A stretch of DNA of 64,000 bases, from assembly GCF_009914755.1 (NCBI RefSeq), contig NC_060931.1. The stretch is one strand, 5' to 3'. The stretch comes from the human T2T-CHM13v2.0 reference genome, Homo sapiens. Position numbers and translations under genes: made by a program. The notes beneath the pieces are model-generated. The model did no database searches. It was not told the origin of the DNA and was given only the letters and a program-made list of their open reading frames with translations. Positions 17,921-35,962 of the stretch are shown here, piece after piece. Each line of letters begins with the position of its first letter. The stretch's first letter is position 1.

Positions 17921-19882
17921 ACATCCTCAACTTATAAGTTCTCATCCTCTCTCTCTATCTCTGTCTCTTTCTCTACCACCCCCTACCACCCCCTACCCAT
18001 TTTCCCTCTTCCCTTGTTGTTTCATAGGATTTCCCCCGAGAAGTGGTACACACAGTATTTAACAATAATTTGGAAATAAAAGAACCAAGATCTCCATCAT
18101 TCCTTTGCTCCACTTGAAGTAAACGTTGAAGAGCATTTTAATATAGAACAAAATGTTGTATTTATCATGTTAAGCTTTTTTCTTAACAAAAGGGATAAAC
18201 AATATTAAATCACATAGGCCTTGCCCTACAGACATTTTTAGCTTTTCGTTCCTTCCCTTTAAGTAATTACAGGCTTTGGGTAGCCATGGGCAAGAAAGAG
18301 GGCAGGTAGTAAGTTTCTTTAGCCTTTGTCTTTTTTTGCTTTTAAGCTGGCTCAGTTATGACAGCTGCTATGTCAATTATATTCTTGGGGAGTTGACTAT
18401 ATTGGGATATTTTCTTTCAATAACTTGCATACAGCAAGTGCAGCTATGATCTTATCAAATCATATCTGAAGCAATTATTTTGGCTGTATAATACTCTTGT
18501 AATTGCTTAAAAGAATGATGAAATAACAGGCTTTTTAAAACATTGTGTAAAAGTAACAATCTTCTGTCCTCTTAAGGTAAGCTCAAGAAATGTCCAGCAT
18601 ATTTTCGCTGTTATAGCTATTGATTTTATCAATGTATATTAGATTGGTTCTCTTACACAGTCTATTAATTATATCAATACACTGCCAGTCTATTTTGTGT
18701 GAACCATAATAATACAGAATTTCTTTTTTCATGTCTCAATATTTCTTATAACCAAAATATTGTTTTCCAAAATAAAAAATAGGGTCATCTGTCTGACCAG
18801 ATTAGTCCTCATCCTTTTCCTTGTATTGGATTTCCCAGTTACCAGTCCAATTTTTCACTGATGAAACACTTACAAGAAATTTCTTTCTTAGAATCTTTAG
18901 TACACTCTTGATCTATTAGAGAATTCTTGTAAGAATGCATTGCTCACAGAGGAATTAATTTCTCAGAGAAAAAACTGTTAAAAAACACCCTGAATACTCA
19001 TATCTGAGTCTTACAAACTAAAATAAATGAATATCATAATCAGAGTTTATTATAGTTTTTCACCTTGTTTAAACTTTGTAAGTCTGAAATTTAAACTCTC
19101 CTTCATTCTCAGGTTTTCATACATGAAAACTTTTTTTTCTCCCATATTCTGGATGTTGATAATAGAATTGTATTTTGGATTTTTCTCCTATAGCAGTAAC
19201 TTTTCTGGTTGGAAGAGTTTCTTTTTGTGTTGATTTTTAGTTCATGTTCTTGTTGGGAGGGGTGAGTAGACAGATTAGGGAAGGGGTATGCATTAGAAAT
19301 AGTGTGAGTAAAAAACAACTTACATATTTGCTAATGCATTCCTTTGGGATGTTAAATATGTGTCTCGAAACAATAAAGCTTGTTGAACTCACATTTTTCA
19401 CATATTCTTTGTTTCAGTTTACATTGGCCTAAAAGCGGGTGTCTTTTTTTTATAGACACATTTATTTTGAGTTGCATAATACAGAATTGTGGGAAATATT
19501 CACAACAGATTTGCAAAACATGTTAATATGATCTTATTCAGAGTGCATCTTAGAAGCAACTCTTACAATATTTTTATCTTCCTAGATTTCTTCCCAATAT
19601 TAATATAGTTCCTCTAGTGTTCCCATTGCAATCGAAATTTTTATAAAGCCAAATTTCCTAGCCTTATTTTTAAACTACTTATGTACAGTTTAAATTCACA
19701 TTATGTAATTGATTGGGAGAGCCTACTTAGGTTTTTATCCTTTTTTTAAACAAAGTCTGAATGTTGAATTATTTTATATATCACTTTGACAGTTTAGGAT
19801 GCGTTCACTATCTTACTTGAGTCAAAGAACAGATACTATCACACATTTATTATTGAGTTTTATACCTAAGGAAACTGAGGCT

Positions 19883-20330
19883 TGTTGGGAGACAGTTAAT
19901 GGGTCTCTCATATTTCTGCATGTCTTGTGAGCAGAGGCACTAGCTTTTTTTTGTTCCAGACCATCTTTTTAAAGATATGTGTATAGCAAACATCTTTAAA
20001 CAAGAGGATTTTTCTTTGGAGCAGAGGTTAGGTTTGTTTACTATTCAGTATAGTAAAGATCATGTCCCCTCTAAGCAAAGGTCAAACAAGTTTTCTTACA
20101 GCCCATTATAAAAACTTGGAGTTTTCAAGCTTAGGGCTCCTCTGCTGTGTTGCAAACACAGTGCACGTGCAGCATTCACCTAGACTGCTCTGTATCACAG
20201 GGGAAACTGCAAAGATGGGTAAAAAGTCTTTTGTCTCTGACCAAGGGTCTTCATATCATTCACAAGCATTCATAAAACTGTGGCAGGCTTGCAGATCAGG
20301 TCAAATATCAGGCCCCTCACAGTATATAAC
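19883..20330 (+). mobile_element. ERVL-type solo LTR (LTR40a-like)
   Basis: TGTTGGGAGACA start and LTR40-like body, by recalled consensus. Confidence 0.7.
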
Positions 20331-20758
20331 AAGGGTCAGAGAAAATAAGTGCCATTAGAAATACTGGAGCTAATTATTGCTATTACTACCCTTATCATTT
20401 TCCTATAATTATGTAATCTCGTAACTATTGTTTTCTGAAATATATATCTTTATTAAAATAATGAGTTTCTGTTCTAAAAAATAATTAATAGTCCAGTAAT
20501 TTCTTGTGTTTTTAAGACTAATCAAGTGATGAGTGCAATAATTCCTTATTCATTGACTTAAAAACATTGTCTCTAAATGAGTTAATTATAGTTTTAAGGT
20601 TGAATAATTCACTTGTATAGTTTGGTGATTTTTTTAAATAAAAAACAGATAGTGAAGAGAAAAATTAAAAGTGATATATCACATATCATTTTTCATATAG
20701 TCTTTTTGAGCATATTTATTTTCATCTAGTTGAGCTCATGCCTCAAATTTTATTATTA

Positions 20759-21588
<830 letters not shown>

Positions 21589-22444
21589 TCAGCAAGGCTC
21601 TATGGCATTCATGCTTGTACAAGAGGCAGATACACGTGGATTATTCATTTCACTCTGTTTCCATAAGTTGCATCATCTAGCATCAGCATCATAACTAGCT
21701 CTGTGTACCTAGTGTGTGCTCGGCATTGATGTATGAATGACTAGCATAATCTCCCTGTTGCTTATATAATTCTAGTGAATAATAATGCAGTTTTCTATAA
21801 TGTTTAAATATTGGCTTGTTTCTTAATACTTTTTTATTATTTTCTGATCACCAATAAAAATATCACCAATTCCTGAAAAATAAATAAAATAAAAATAAAT
21901 AAAAACAATTTATGCCAATTTGGGTCTCAGAAATATATGAGGTTAAATAAGAACTTCGTTAGTTTTATGTTTTTTTCACTTACTACCATACTCCAAACAT
22001 TTTAATATAGTAAAATGATTGTTAATAAACAGTGCATGTTATTCTATCAACTGAATACAGAATAATTTATTTAGTATTTTGTTATTATTAAACATTTTAT
22101 CTGTTTTATTCTCTACCATAAAAATAATACTGTCATAACACTTTTTGTGCATATTTATTCACAACTTCAGTAAAATTATAGAATACATTCTCAGCAGCAA
22201 AATTGCTTGCTCAAATTTTAAATATACTTAGAATTTTTTAAGTATATTGCTTAAGATTTATTCAGAAATGTACTATTTGACCTTGAGTATAGAAAAATAT
22301 ATATCTTACTAATATGGCAGGTGAAAGGTGGAGGTTACACTTGGCTTCCTTTGGGTTTTTAGTTTGTGAGGTTAAACATGAAAATCATGTTAATCAGCCA
22401 TTTATTTGTTAGTCATTTTTGTAAATTTTTTGTTCTTGTTTTAC

Positions 22445-22920
22445 CAGCTGTAATGCTATTTTATCTCTCTCCATTATGATCAATATTTCTTCATCTGACT
22501 ACATAAATTATGGAAAAGGAAAAGGGATTGTATACTAAAATAAATCCTATATGTTAATCTCTGTAACCTACATGCTCCTTTATAGTATGCACTTTTTGTG
22601 TTCAGATAATGTCTGTGAGCTACTTTCATGTTATTGCTTGTATTTGAAGCTTATTTTTTTATTGTTGAGTAGCCCATAGCATGTACATATCATACTTTTT
22701 CATTATTGGTGGCCATAATATCAATGTTATAAAAATAAATAGAAGTAATGAAAATTTGGAATGCATTGCCACAATTGTGATGTCTATAAACAGATAGTTA
22801 TTTTTAGTTCTATAATTATATAATTCTATAACTTGATTGCATTCTTGAGTCTTCATTTGTGTATGCAGTCAGCACAAAATTTTCAACTCAGGTACAGAGA
22901 ATTTTGTGCTTTTAAATTTG
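22445..22920 (-). pseudogene. Module II exon: MHR4 end, pre-S1 and S1
   Basis: Follows a 50-nt GT-AG remnant intron. VLTAYTNED, LLLFIFITLILWPPIM (cf. KVILSILVPPAI; ORF 22659-22856), IYFSIQSLFLFHNL..S*WRE. Donor ctg|gtaaaa. Confidence 0.55.
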
Positions 22921-22970
22921 CTATTGAGTAAATCATCAATTTAAAATTTTTAGATAGATCCAAATTTTAC

Positions 22971-23175
22971 CTGAAGCACATCAAGGATATTTTCTTCTCT
23001 CTTACATCATCATGAATAAAAGTGCATTTTAACTTCATAGCTTTGCATCTGTAATAAAGGCCAATAGTCCTTGTCTGGTCTATAGTTTCCCTTGTATTTG
23101 TTTACCGTGATGATTTACAAAGATGATTGGACTCATAGTCTGTTTTCTCAGCATAGATAAAACCAAGCATTAGTT
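22971..23175 (-). pseudogene. Module II exon: MHR4
   Basis: Acceptor cccatgctag|23175, donor cag|gtaaaa. SL*IITVNKYK, GLLAFIT/CKAMK..IHDDVREK (cf. TRPM3 AKALVACKLCKAMA..VDDISQE). Confidence 0.62.
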
Positions 23176-23218
23176 CTAGCATGGGATAATGGATGCATGT
23201 TTAAAATATTTTAGAAAA

Positions 23219-23525
23219 GGCCAGGCGTGGTGGCTCATGCCTGTAATCTCAGCACTTTGGGAGGCCAAGGCAGGCAGATCACAAAGTCAGGAGTTCGAGA
23301 CCAGCCTGGCCAAAATGGTGAAACCCCGTCTCTACTAAAAATACAAAAATTAGCTGGGCGTGGTAGTGCACACCTGTAGTCCCAGCTATTCAAGAGGCTG
23401 AGGCAGGAGAATTGTTTGAACCTGGGAGGCGGAGATGCAGTGAGCCCAGATCGTACCACTGCACTCCAGCCTGGGTGACAGAGGGAGACTCTGACCCCCC
23501 AACCCCCCAGAAAAAAAATGAAAAA
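23219..23525 (+). mobile_element. AluS (Sg-like)
   Basis: Full Alu; TSD-like ttttagaaaa. Confidence 0.92.
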
Positions 23526-23833
23526 GTTTTAGAAAATATTGATATTAAATATGCAAATGTAATAATTTTACTGGTTTGACAAATGCGTGAACCTTATAAA
23601 CCACCACTTATTTCAGATATACAGTATTTGACCAACCCAGAGAATATTTTCATGCCTCTTGCCAGTAATTTCCTTGAAAAGAAACTGCTTTTCTGATTTT
23701 TTCTAAATCATAGGTAATTTTTTCCTATTTTATATCTTCATAAGTGTGAATTATTCATTATATATTCTTGTCTGAATTCTTTGTCTAGGACATCGTCCAT
23801 GAAGTGCTTTCACGTCATTGAAAGAATCTGTCA

Positions 23834-24280
<447 letters not shown>

Positions 24281-24386
24281 CTATGGCTTGAATTCTCCTA
24301 TAATTCACATGGGGAAGAACTGATCCTCAGTATCTCGGGATGTGACTGTATTTGAAGATAATGTCTTTAATCAAGTAAGGTTAAAT

Positions 24387-25308
24387 TGTTACAGGTAGTT
24401 AGGCGTGAGCGGGCAGGAGAGGGCTCTCCCCGCCACCCACTAGAAGTCTTGAGTGATGGTTCAGTAATTGTTGCATTGCCTCTCTAAAAGTGATACATTG
24501 GCAGCCGGTGCTAGGGAGAGGCCATTCAGTGATGGTCCACACCTGTTAACGTTAAAAACTGTTAATTAGAGGCAGACCTCATGGAGAAGAAATTTCCTGG
24601 GCGTGCACATTAACAGACAAAAATAGCGGAGTGTGATCTTCGGCGTATCCTCTACCTGAAAAAGGAAGAAAGCCTCAGATAAGCATGCGTACAATTTACT
24701 GAACACACTACATGAGCTCACTTCCCAAGGGTAAGAAGGGCTCTGGCCGGGCGCGGTGGCTCATGCCTGTAATCCCAGCACTTTGTGAGGCCGAGGCGGG
24801 CGGATCACGAGGTCAGGAGATAGAGACCATCCTGGTTAACACGGTGAAACCCCGTCTCTACTAAAAAAAAAAACACACAAAAAAATTAGCCGGGTGTGTT
24901 GGCGGGCGCCTGTAGTCCCAGCTACGCCGGAGGCTGAGGCAGGAGAATGGCGTGAGCCCGGGAGGCGGAGCTTGCAGTGAGCCCCGAGATCACGCCACTG
25001 CAAGAATCCAATCAAGGGAAAGAGGCTATAAAGGTCATAGCATCACGGTTAAACGGGGCTTTTTACCTTCTTTAATCTTCATGAGCCCTCTTGGATCTCT
25101 TCTAAGTGAACTTTCCTTTCTTTCCTGTTCTAAGGCCTTTTAAGTAAACTTCCACTCCTGCTCTAAAATGTGCCTAGGTCTCTTGTTCTGCTTTATGCCC
25201 CTCAGTCTAGTTGTTTCTTCTGAGGAGGCAAGATTTAAAGTTGCGGCCGACCTGTGCGGATTTGCTACTGGTAACTCCTGGTAACTCCGGTCTCTTCCAC
25301 CACTAACA
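24387..25308 (+). mobile_element. ERV1 solo LTR (LTR9-like)
   Basis: TGTTACAGGTAG...CTAACA termini; 4-bp TSD AAAT. Confidence 0.78.
24745..25002 (+). mobile_element. AluY, 3'-truncated, no tail
   Basis: CpG-rich AluY ending at ccactgca. Confidence 0.92.
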
Positions 25309-26064
25309 AAATGAGGTCCTTGAGGTGGGCTCTAATTCAGTATGACCGGTATCCTTACAAAGAGGAGATGAGGACCTAGGCACACTCAGAGGAAAGATCG
25401 CTTGAAGACACAAGGAGAAGATGACACTGTACAAGCTAAGGAAAGAGGCCTCAGAAGAAACCAACCCTGCTGACACCTGGGTCCTGGACTTCTATCCCAC
25501 AGAACTGTGAGTAAATACACTTCTGTTATTTAGACCATGCAGTCTGTGATACATTGTTATGGCAGCTTTACCAAACTAATACATGTGAATATACATATAT
25601 GTTTTAATTTATCTATGAGGAAATATGTAGGAGTGGAAATTGTTGAATTGTATATTGCTGTACTTGCAATTATTCAAGAAATGGCCACAATTTTTTTCCA
25701 AAGGGTTTAAACACTTTTGAAATTCAAGCAGCAATATATGAGCCCTCCAATTATTCCACATCTTCTGTAATATTTAATATTGTTTGTTTTAACTATAGCC
25801 ATTTCGCTGTGTGTGTCATTGTATTTCACTGGGACTTTAATTTATATTTTCGTATGACAAATGATGTTTAGAACTTTTCTATGCACATCCATATATCTTC
25901 ATTTGGAAGGTGTTTCTTTCAGTGTGCTTCCCACTCTCTATTGGCTTGCTTTCTCTTTTATTATTGAGTTGTAATATTTCTTTATAAAATCTGTATAACA
26001 TTTCTATCAGATATGAACTTTACCATTTTTTTTTTTTCAATTTTGTTGCTTGAGTATTCACTTT

Positions 26065-27290
26065 CTGAGTGAAAGGGAATGGGAGAAGAAGGCATTAGCC
26101 CAGTCTATAATGGCACACCAGCCTCCTGGGCCTGTAGCGTTTTTGTATGGTTCTCATCACATCAGACATAAGCATAGCAATTGGAGGGACCACCTTGGTT
26201 AGTTCTTCACATCCCATTGTTAAACTCTAGGAATTGTCTGCCTTATATACTGGTCAGATCAAAATGCTGAACAAGAATAGTGGGAATCCAGACTCTTACC
26301 TCAGCCGTTTTCTTAAAGCGGTAATCTTTTGCTGCCTTTGGGAATACTATACTGCTTAGTCTTTACTAGCAAGGAAGGTTCATGCAACTCCAAAATTTCC
26401 CATTTAACAGGGACAATTAAAACTGGATAAGAGTGGGCTTAGCAGATAACCCCTAAGGAAAGAAAACCGCAGTACACTCTTTTCACGCATATCAGCTATT
26501 TCAAATATGCATTTAGGTAAAGGCTAATTAATCCCTGAAAAAATCTCTCCAGTCACATTTTGTGGTTTGTACCTTTACAATGCATTTGTTCCAAGTCTAT
26601 CTCTGAACCCATCAAGTTCCATGTTAGTACCTTTCAGCACTTTTCCCATCTTTTGTAGGGTTTGCTGTCCACTGAACCCCAGCATCTTACAATTTTGAGA
26701 AGTTTCACATATCACCTCTTGGTCATTTCATCCAAATCATTGAGCATTTCCTATATATGATTAGTGATGGCACTAATACATAATTAGGAATGATACTAAT
26801 TTCTGTAGTTCTGCAGGAATGAAATTGTGTTTCTGGTTTCTGACATTGCTAAAGTGGGGAAATTCCAGGGGTTTCTACTTCATCATTTCCACCATATTGG
26901 CCATTTCTCCATGGGTCAGAGAGTCAATGTGGATATTCTGAAAATTGCCGAATATTCCAATTAATATAACTTCAATGATACATTCAGGAAATGAGGAAAT
27001 AACCACAGAGTGAGTCCCTACCTGGCCCCACGTGAGTTGAATTTTGACTCAGACTCCGTCTATCACCTGACACCAAAAGTACACACTTTGCCTAGTGAAC
27101 CACACTGGCATTTTTGACATTCAGGAATTAGTGTCAGTTCAGAGCCAGCATCTACTAATCTTTGAAAGGTCTTGATATCTTTCTTCCCATTGCGCATTCA
27201 CTCTAGTAAATGGGCCCTAGTTCCTTAAAGGAAGATTCATGATCTATGCTGTGGCAAGGCTGTCAGGTCTTTCTTTGTATGGACCTGGCT
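26065..27290 (-). mobile_element. ERVL (class III) internal pro/pol fragment
   Basis: Protease motif PFTRV..LVDAGSELTLIP at ~27120-27215. Confidence 0.8.
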
Positions 27291-27477
27291 TCCCTTTTAA
27301 ATTTTAATAAACTGCTTTTGAAGTTTTAAATTTACAGAAAAATTACACTTTAGAATTCTCATATACCTCGCACAATTTCCCCTATTAACATCTTAACTGA
27401 TCTGGTTAACTTGTTATAGCTAATAAGCCAATATGGAAACATTATTATTAACTAGAGTTTGGAGTTCAAATTTCCTT

Positions 27478-27793
<316 letters not shown>

Positions 27794-29268
27794 TCAAATT
27801 TCCTTAGTTTTATCCCCAATATCTTTTTTCTGTTCCACTATCACATCCAAGATACCACAGTACATTTAATTGTCATGTGTCTTTAACTTAGTTTCTTAGA
27901 TTTCCTTGTATTTTATGACACCAGCAATTTAAGGCAGTACTGGTTAGGGGTATTATAGAATGCCACTGTGTTGCCTCTGTTGATTTTTGTTTTTGTTTTT
28001 ATTTTTTGATGTTTTTTCATGACTAGACTGACAATATGGGAGGAAGTTCACAGAAATAAAGTGCCATTTCACCACTCATACCTAGGGTACATACGTCAAG
28101 ATAATTTAACAATAGTGTCCTTTATCACTGGACTGAGGTGCTTTTATCAAGCTTCAGTGCAAAGTGTCCCTTTTTTTCTTATTCTACTCAGTATACTTTG
28201 GAAAAAAGTAACTATATATAGTGTACACACACACACACACACAAATATTCACTTTTTATGCTGTGAAGTTCCAAAGCATCTGACAAATGTATAATGTCAT
28301 GTATTCACTGTTAAAACAACGTACAGAACCATTTTACCACCTGAAACCCCCTGTGGTTAACCCGTTCATTTCTTCTCAATCCCCAAAACTCTTTGGTAAC
28401 CACTGATCTTTTTCTTTTCTCGACAGTTTTGCCTTTTCCAGAATGTCATTTAATTGCAGTCGTGTGCTATGTAGCCTTTCAGACTTCTTTTGCTTAGCAG
28501 TGTACCTTTTTCATGGTTTCATAGTTGATTTCTTGTTACTGCTTTTTAATTTTCTTACAATTTTCTAGCAATGGCTTGGAACTGCCATGTTTTTTTCTAA
28601 GTTGGTAGAAGAGATGTAATTTTTTATATCGTATTCTTCAATTAGTTGCATTATTTCCAGGGCCTTGTGCCTTCATCTTTCTTGGCTCCCTGGTTTGTTT
28701 TGCTTTTTTTACTTTATATTTGAGAATTATTTGGGGGTAGATGCCTAGCAGTGGAATTAGTGAGTCATAAGTTGAATACAGCTTTAACTTCATTGAATAT
28801 TGTCAAATTGTTCTCTAAATCGTCATTCCACGATACATTTCTACGAATAGCACTTAAGAATTCCCACTACTCATCCACACCTGGTATTATTAGATGTTTA
28901 AATATTTGCCTATTTAAAAGGTTTGAAATAATCCCTTGTTATTTTAATTTGATTGGCACCTTAGTGAATCTATGCATTATGTTTAAATGTACATATTCAC
29001 ATTTGAGTAATATTGAGTCTTCCTACCTGTGAATATGAAATATCACATTGTTTTGATAGTTTAAATTATTTCATCAGTGTTTTACAGTTTTCTACAAATA
29101 GATTTGTACATACTTTTTAGATTTACACCTAAGGTTTTCATGGTTTCCTGTGTGTGCATGTGTGTGTGTGCGTGAGTGTGTGCTGTCAATGGTGTTGAAT
29201 GGATGAGGTATTCTATAAGTATCAATTAGATCAAGCAGATTGATGGTGATATTTCCTTCAGCTATATC

Positions 29269-29730
<462 letters not shown>

Positions 29731-32256
29731 TAGGGATTGTTATGTCTCATGGAAAATTGACCTCCTTATTGTTATGTGATATACCTCTTTACTTTTAGTA
29801 ATTTTCCTTGTTTTAAAACCTTTTTTGTCTAAAATGGTAATATGGCTATTTCACCATTTTTTCAATTATATTAGCATGGTATATCATTTTTGCCCCTTTG
29901 TTTGCAACATTTCTTTGTATTTATGGATTTCTTATAGCCAACATAGAGTGGGTTTTGCATCTTACTTTTTGAAATGCACTCTGTCACTGTCTTTTAATTG
30001 GTGTATTTGTACCATTCACATATAAAGAGATCATTGATATATACTGTATTAATATCCTTCATGTTTGTAACTGTTTCAGATTAATTTCACTTGTTATTTG
30101 TTTTGAATCTCCCACTCTTTTTTCTGACTTTTCTGGTTTTAATTGAGCACTTCCTATAATTCTCTCTCCTTTCTTAGCATAACAGTTATATTTTATTTTT
30201 GGCTAGTAGTTACCCGGAGTTTGCAATATATATTTACAACTAATTTAAGTCCAATTTCAAATAGCACTATACTGCTCCCCATGCAGTATACCTTTTAAGA
30301 GTATTCCCAAGTCCTCTCTTTAGTTCCTTATAACATGACTGTCACATCCAGTACATTATTATTATTATTAACTTAAAGAAAATGTTAGCCTTTATTTAAA
30401 CCAAAAATAAGGAAAATAAAATATTTTATTTTACCTTTATTCCTTCTCTTATGCCCTTTCATTTTAGGTAGATTAGAATTCTGACCTATATCATTTTCAA
30501 TTTCTCCAAAGAATTATTTTAATTTTTCTTATGGAACATGTCTGCTGGTAACTTTTGTCCTTAATTTTTCTTTGTGTGAAGATGTCTTGATTCTTCTGAT
30601 TTTGAAGGATAATTTTGCTAGACATAGATTTCTAGCTTAGTGTTTTGTTTATATTTCAATGCTTTAAATAGTTTTTTCTTTTTACATGGTTTCTGATGTG
30701 AAGTCTAATGAAATTCTTATCCTTATTCCTCGATTGATAAAGTGTGTATTTTTTTTTTCTGTCTTCTTTCAAGATTATCTCACTGTCTTTGGCTTTCTAT
30801 AGTTTAAATATGGCATAACTCTCTGCAGAATTCCTGATGTTTATCCTGTTTCTATGAGTTTAACCTGTTTCTCTGCGCTCCTGGTTCAGTGGTTTGGTGT
30901 CTTCGTTTAATTTTAGAAAATTCTCAGTCACGACTACTTCAAATATTTATTCTGTTCCTTTCTCTTTTGTTTCTCCTTCTGATATTCCCATTACACACAA
31001 TTATACCTTTAGTAATTGTCCCACTGTTCTGGCATATTCTTTTCTTTTTTTAAAATAAAATTTTCATATTAGTTTAGGAAGTTTTAATTGAGTTATGTTG
31101 AACTTCAGATTCTTTTCTTGGCCATATCCAGTTTACTGATGAGCCTATCAAATAATTTATTCATTTCTTTTCCAGTGCTTTTGATTTCCAGCATTGCTTT
31201 GATTCTTTTTTAGAGTTTCATGTCTGTGATTACATTACACATCTGTTCTTGCATGATGTTCATCTGCATGTTTCTATTAGAGCCCTTAACATATTAATCA
31301 CAGTTATTTATATTCCATGGCTGATAATTCCATTCTGTGTCATATCAGATTCTGGGTCTGATGATTGCTTTTTCTCTTTAGGCTGTGTTTTTTTCCTGCC
31401 TTTTAACATTTCTTGTACTTTTCTGTTGAAAACCACACAAGATATATAAGGTAATTGGAAGTGATGTAAATAGGCCTTTAGTATGAAGCTTTTTGTTATC
31501 CGGCTAGAAACAGATATGTGTTTAACATTTGCTGTAGTTTTCGGTGCCAGAAAAAGTGTCTTTCCTCAATAGTCCTTGTTTATTTCTCCTCTCTTCCTTT
31601 ATGGTTCCCTAAATAACTCCTTCTTAAATGGAATGTGAGCTGGCAGCTCTTTAAGTTGTCATCCACTGTCCTGGCCGTGGACCCCTGTAGATGTGGTGGT
31701 AATTTGTGGAGGAGAGGAAGTGTTCCATAATTTTATGATTACGTTTAAGTTCTTTAGTGGGCTGAGCTCCTGGACTGTAACCTTCAGAATTCATTCTTAT
31801 CCTTTATTTGTTTCCTGTTATCTAATTCAGGATGCTGAGATGGATGGGAGCTGCCTAATCACAGTTTCCCCAGGTAGGAAAAGGCTCTGGTACAGTTCAT
31901 TCCCTTGGAGGTTAGGTCTTTGTTATGGAAAACGTGCTGGACACATTTTGAAATGGTGACTGTGTCTCTCATCCTGCCAGAAACACAAGAGTATTTTTCT
32001 CAGATCGTTACAATGAGAATCTGGTTGGGGATCCTGGAAGTAATGTCTATGCATGTGTCAGGACCCTGCTAAGACTAGGCTCCCAGGAGTCTTTCAGTCT
32101 CAAGCTGGTCTACATTCAACCTCCAGTAAAACTGCCACTTAAGTGTTTTTGCTAGCTTTGCCTCTGGAAGCTTTAGCTTCGAGTAAGGTGGTCTCAGCTG
32201 TAACTCTCTGTATTTGCCTGTTTCTTCAGATTCAGGGGTATTAGTGTGTCCAGTGA

Positions 32257-33678
<1,422 letters not shown>

Positions 33679-35004
33679 GAATGAAATAACTCCCTTGCTT
33701 CCATTTTAATCAAAGGCTCTAAGTCTATTAAGTGACTCAGGTCTGAAAAGTGGGTTAGACAGTATAGTTCTCTATTATGAAAACTTATGTTGGGACTTGA
33801 CTACTACATTTAGTCTTCCCTCCCGTTCCACCACTTACATAGATCAGGCACTATTGCGGCATGATAATCATCCTTTTCCTTCCTGAGGACAATATGAACA
33901 GTTAGCCTGCTCCAGAGATCCCCAAAGTCCCGGATATTCTGATTACTAGTATGACCCTCATGCTATTTATGGTAAGTGATCCCCTGTTGTGGTTAAGTGG
34001 CTGTCATTTGGCTTCTGTGACCTCAAGATCCAGTCATCCCATTGAAATCAAGGAACCCATCTCAGTTGTAGCATCTTCCACAGTCATACCTGACTCACAA
34101 ATCAGAACAACCACTGGGTTTTTAAGTAATGTCCATGCTTCCGTCACTAATATGTATCTCATCAGTTTACTGGAGGGAGTATTTTCTTGGCCTTCTTTTG
34201 AGATGTGATTGAGGTTGATGTGTAAGTTGCAGAAACTAAATACATTCCAACCTTTCTATCTCCTGAAGACTTATGATCATTTCCTCCAAATCCAATTTCT
34301 GTCAGGAAAAGTCTTTAGTACCAACCACATTAAATGTAGGCCACCTTTAAATATAAGTTTCAGTTAACCAAGCAGGTATTTGCTGGAGCTACTTAAAGCT
34401 GCATGAGCTAACAGACTAAATTCAGAATCTTTAGTAAGTGCACATTCTAATTGTTTAATTCTAATCTCCTTGGTCTAACACCCTTGGAATCCACCCTCAT
34501 ACCTGTTCTCAAGGTGTCTGTTGACATATATTTGCAAAATCTTGAAATATTTTGTGTGTAAGCTATTTCCTCTTGGATCATAGTGTGTACCTGGCCTCCA
34601 GGATCATGCTGATATTTGATTTTAGCTATGAGTCTGGTGCAAAGAGGAGGTGATAGTGGTGAGTTTGAGAAAAATAAGTATCCCTCTACAAAACATATGC
34701 CCTGATGAGGTTATCAATGAGTTTTCAGGAAAGTAAGACCAGTCTCCTTAGACACAGATGACCTGCTACTTCCACTGTCAAGAGAGGCTCAGAGTGACTG
34801 AGTCTCAGTTTCAGTGGAGTCCTGTTAAAGCTTTTATTTCAGTTTTCAAGGTCTCATTCCTTTCCAATCAAAACTCTAAATTTCATATGAGAAACTGGAC
34901 AATATTATAAGTTAAATCAACATTCTAATTCTGTAACCACCACAATTAATTTTATGTTTGATAATTAATAATCTTGGCTCTATGGCTGTAGGAAATGAGA
35001 GATT

Positions 35005-35298
35005 AGCCAGGCACGACTAATTAGCTCACACCAGTAATCCCAATACATTGGGATGCCAAGGCAGGTGGATTGCTTGAGCTCAGAAGAGACCATCCTGGGC
35101 AACATAGTGAGAACGTATCTCTACATAAAACACACAAAAAGTTAGCTGACCATGGTGGTGCAAGCCTGTGGTCCCAGCTGCTCAGGAAGCTGAGGTGGGA
35201 GGATCACTTGAGCCCAGGATATCAAGGCTATAGTGAGCCATTTTCATGCCACTGCACTCCAGCCTGGGTGACAAAGCAATACCCTGTCTCAACAAAAA
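35005..35298 (+). mobile_element. AluJ
   Basis: ggattgcttgagc and ggatcacttgagcccagg motifs. Confidence 0.88.
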
Positions 35299-35596
35299 AG
35301 GAAAGAAAAGAAAGATGGAGGGAGAGAGGGAGGGAGGGAAGGAAGGAAAGAAAGACAAGAGAAAGAGAAAGAAAGGAAGGAAGGAGAAAAGAAGGAGAGG
35401 GGAAGAAAAAAAGAAAAGAAGGAAGAAAAAGAGGAAAGAAAGAAAGAAATAGGAAGGAAGGAGAAAAAGAGGGGGAAGAAAAAGAAGAAAGAAAAAAGGA
35501 AAAGAAAGAAAGAAGAAAAGAAAGAAAAAAAGAAAAGAGGAGAGGGAGGGAGGGAGGGAGGGAAGGAAGGAAGGAAAGGAAGGAAGGAAGGAAGGA
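35293..35596 (+). repeat. GA-rich low-complexity tract (expanded Alu tail)
   Basis: About 300 bp of nearly pure purine (GAAA/GGAA/GGGA). Confidence 0.95.
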
Positions 35597-35962
35597 TTAC
35601 TGCAGTCCTACCGTGGAAGATATCTGGTTCTTAGATCACGATTCAAACTTACAGTTTAATAATCTGAACTGCCAGCAACTAACTTTAATTGTCATATTAC
35701 TATCATAAACCACAGATAATAACTTGATTAATTATGATGGCAGTGTACACCATAGATTATTACTATCCCATTTTCTATAAGCAAGATGTTCGGCAGGAAT
35801 GTATCAAAACCAATTCAAAAATTCCATAACTGAGGGACAGTGTTCTAGGTCCACTGTTGGCATGAATTCTGTATCAAAGTTCTTTTAACAGGCTGAAACC
35901 ATACTGGTTATACAGGCCAGCAGAGATTTGCTAAAATGTAACTTTTCTCAGTTAAGTATTCT

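Larger units (their letters stand above)
33680..35880 (-). mobile_element. ERVL internal gag-side fragment, interrupted by AluJ
   Basis: Degenerate ERVL-like sequence collinear with 26065-27290. Confidence 0.6.

Noticed and set aside
18260-18295. Ig-like motif AHGYPKPVIT* on the minus strand
   Set aside because: No flanking Ig cysteines; falls within the MHR4 region; probably chance.
19000-19430. Resemblance to IgGFc-binding (IINSDYDI) or ERICH3-like domains, and an apparent acceptor at 19428
   Set aside because: Isolated short matches. The TRPM reading explains both flanks collinearly and reads through the acceptor.
35070-35708. 212-aa K/E/R-rich ORF
   Set aside because: AluJ plus a purine tract that cannot contain stop codons; not a gene.
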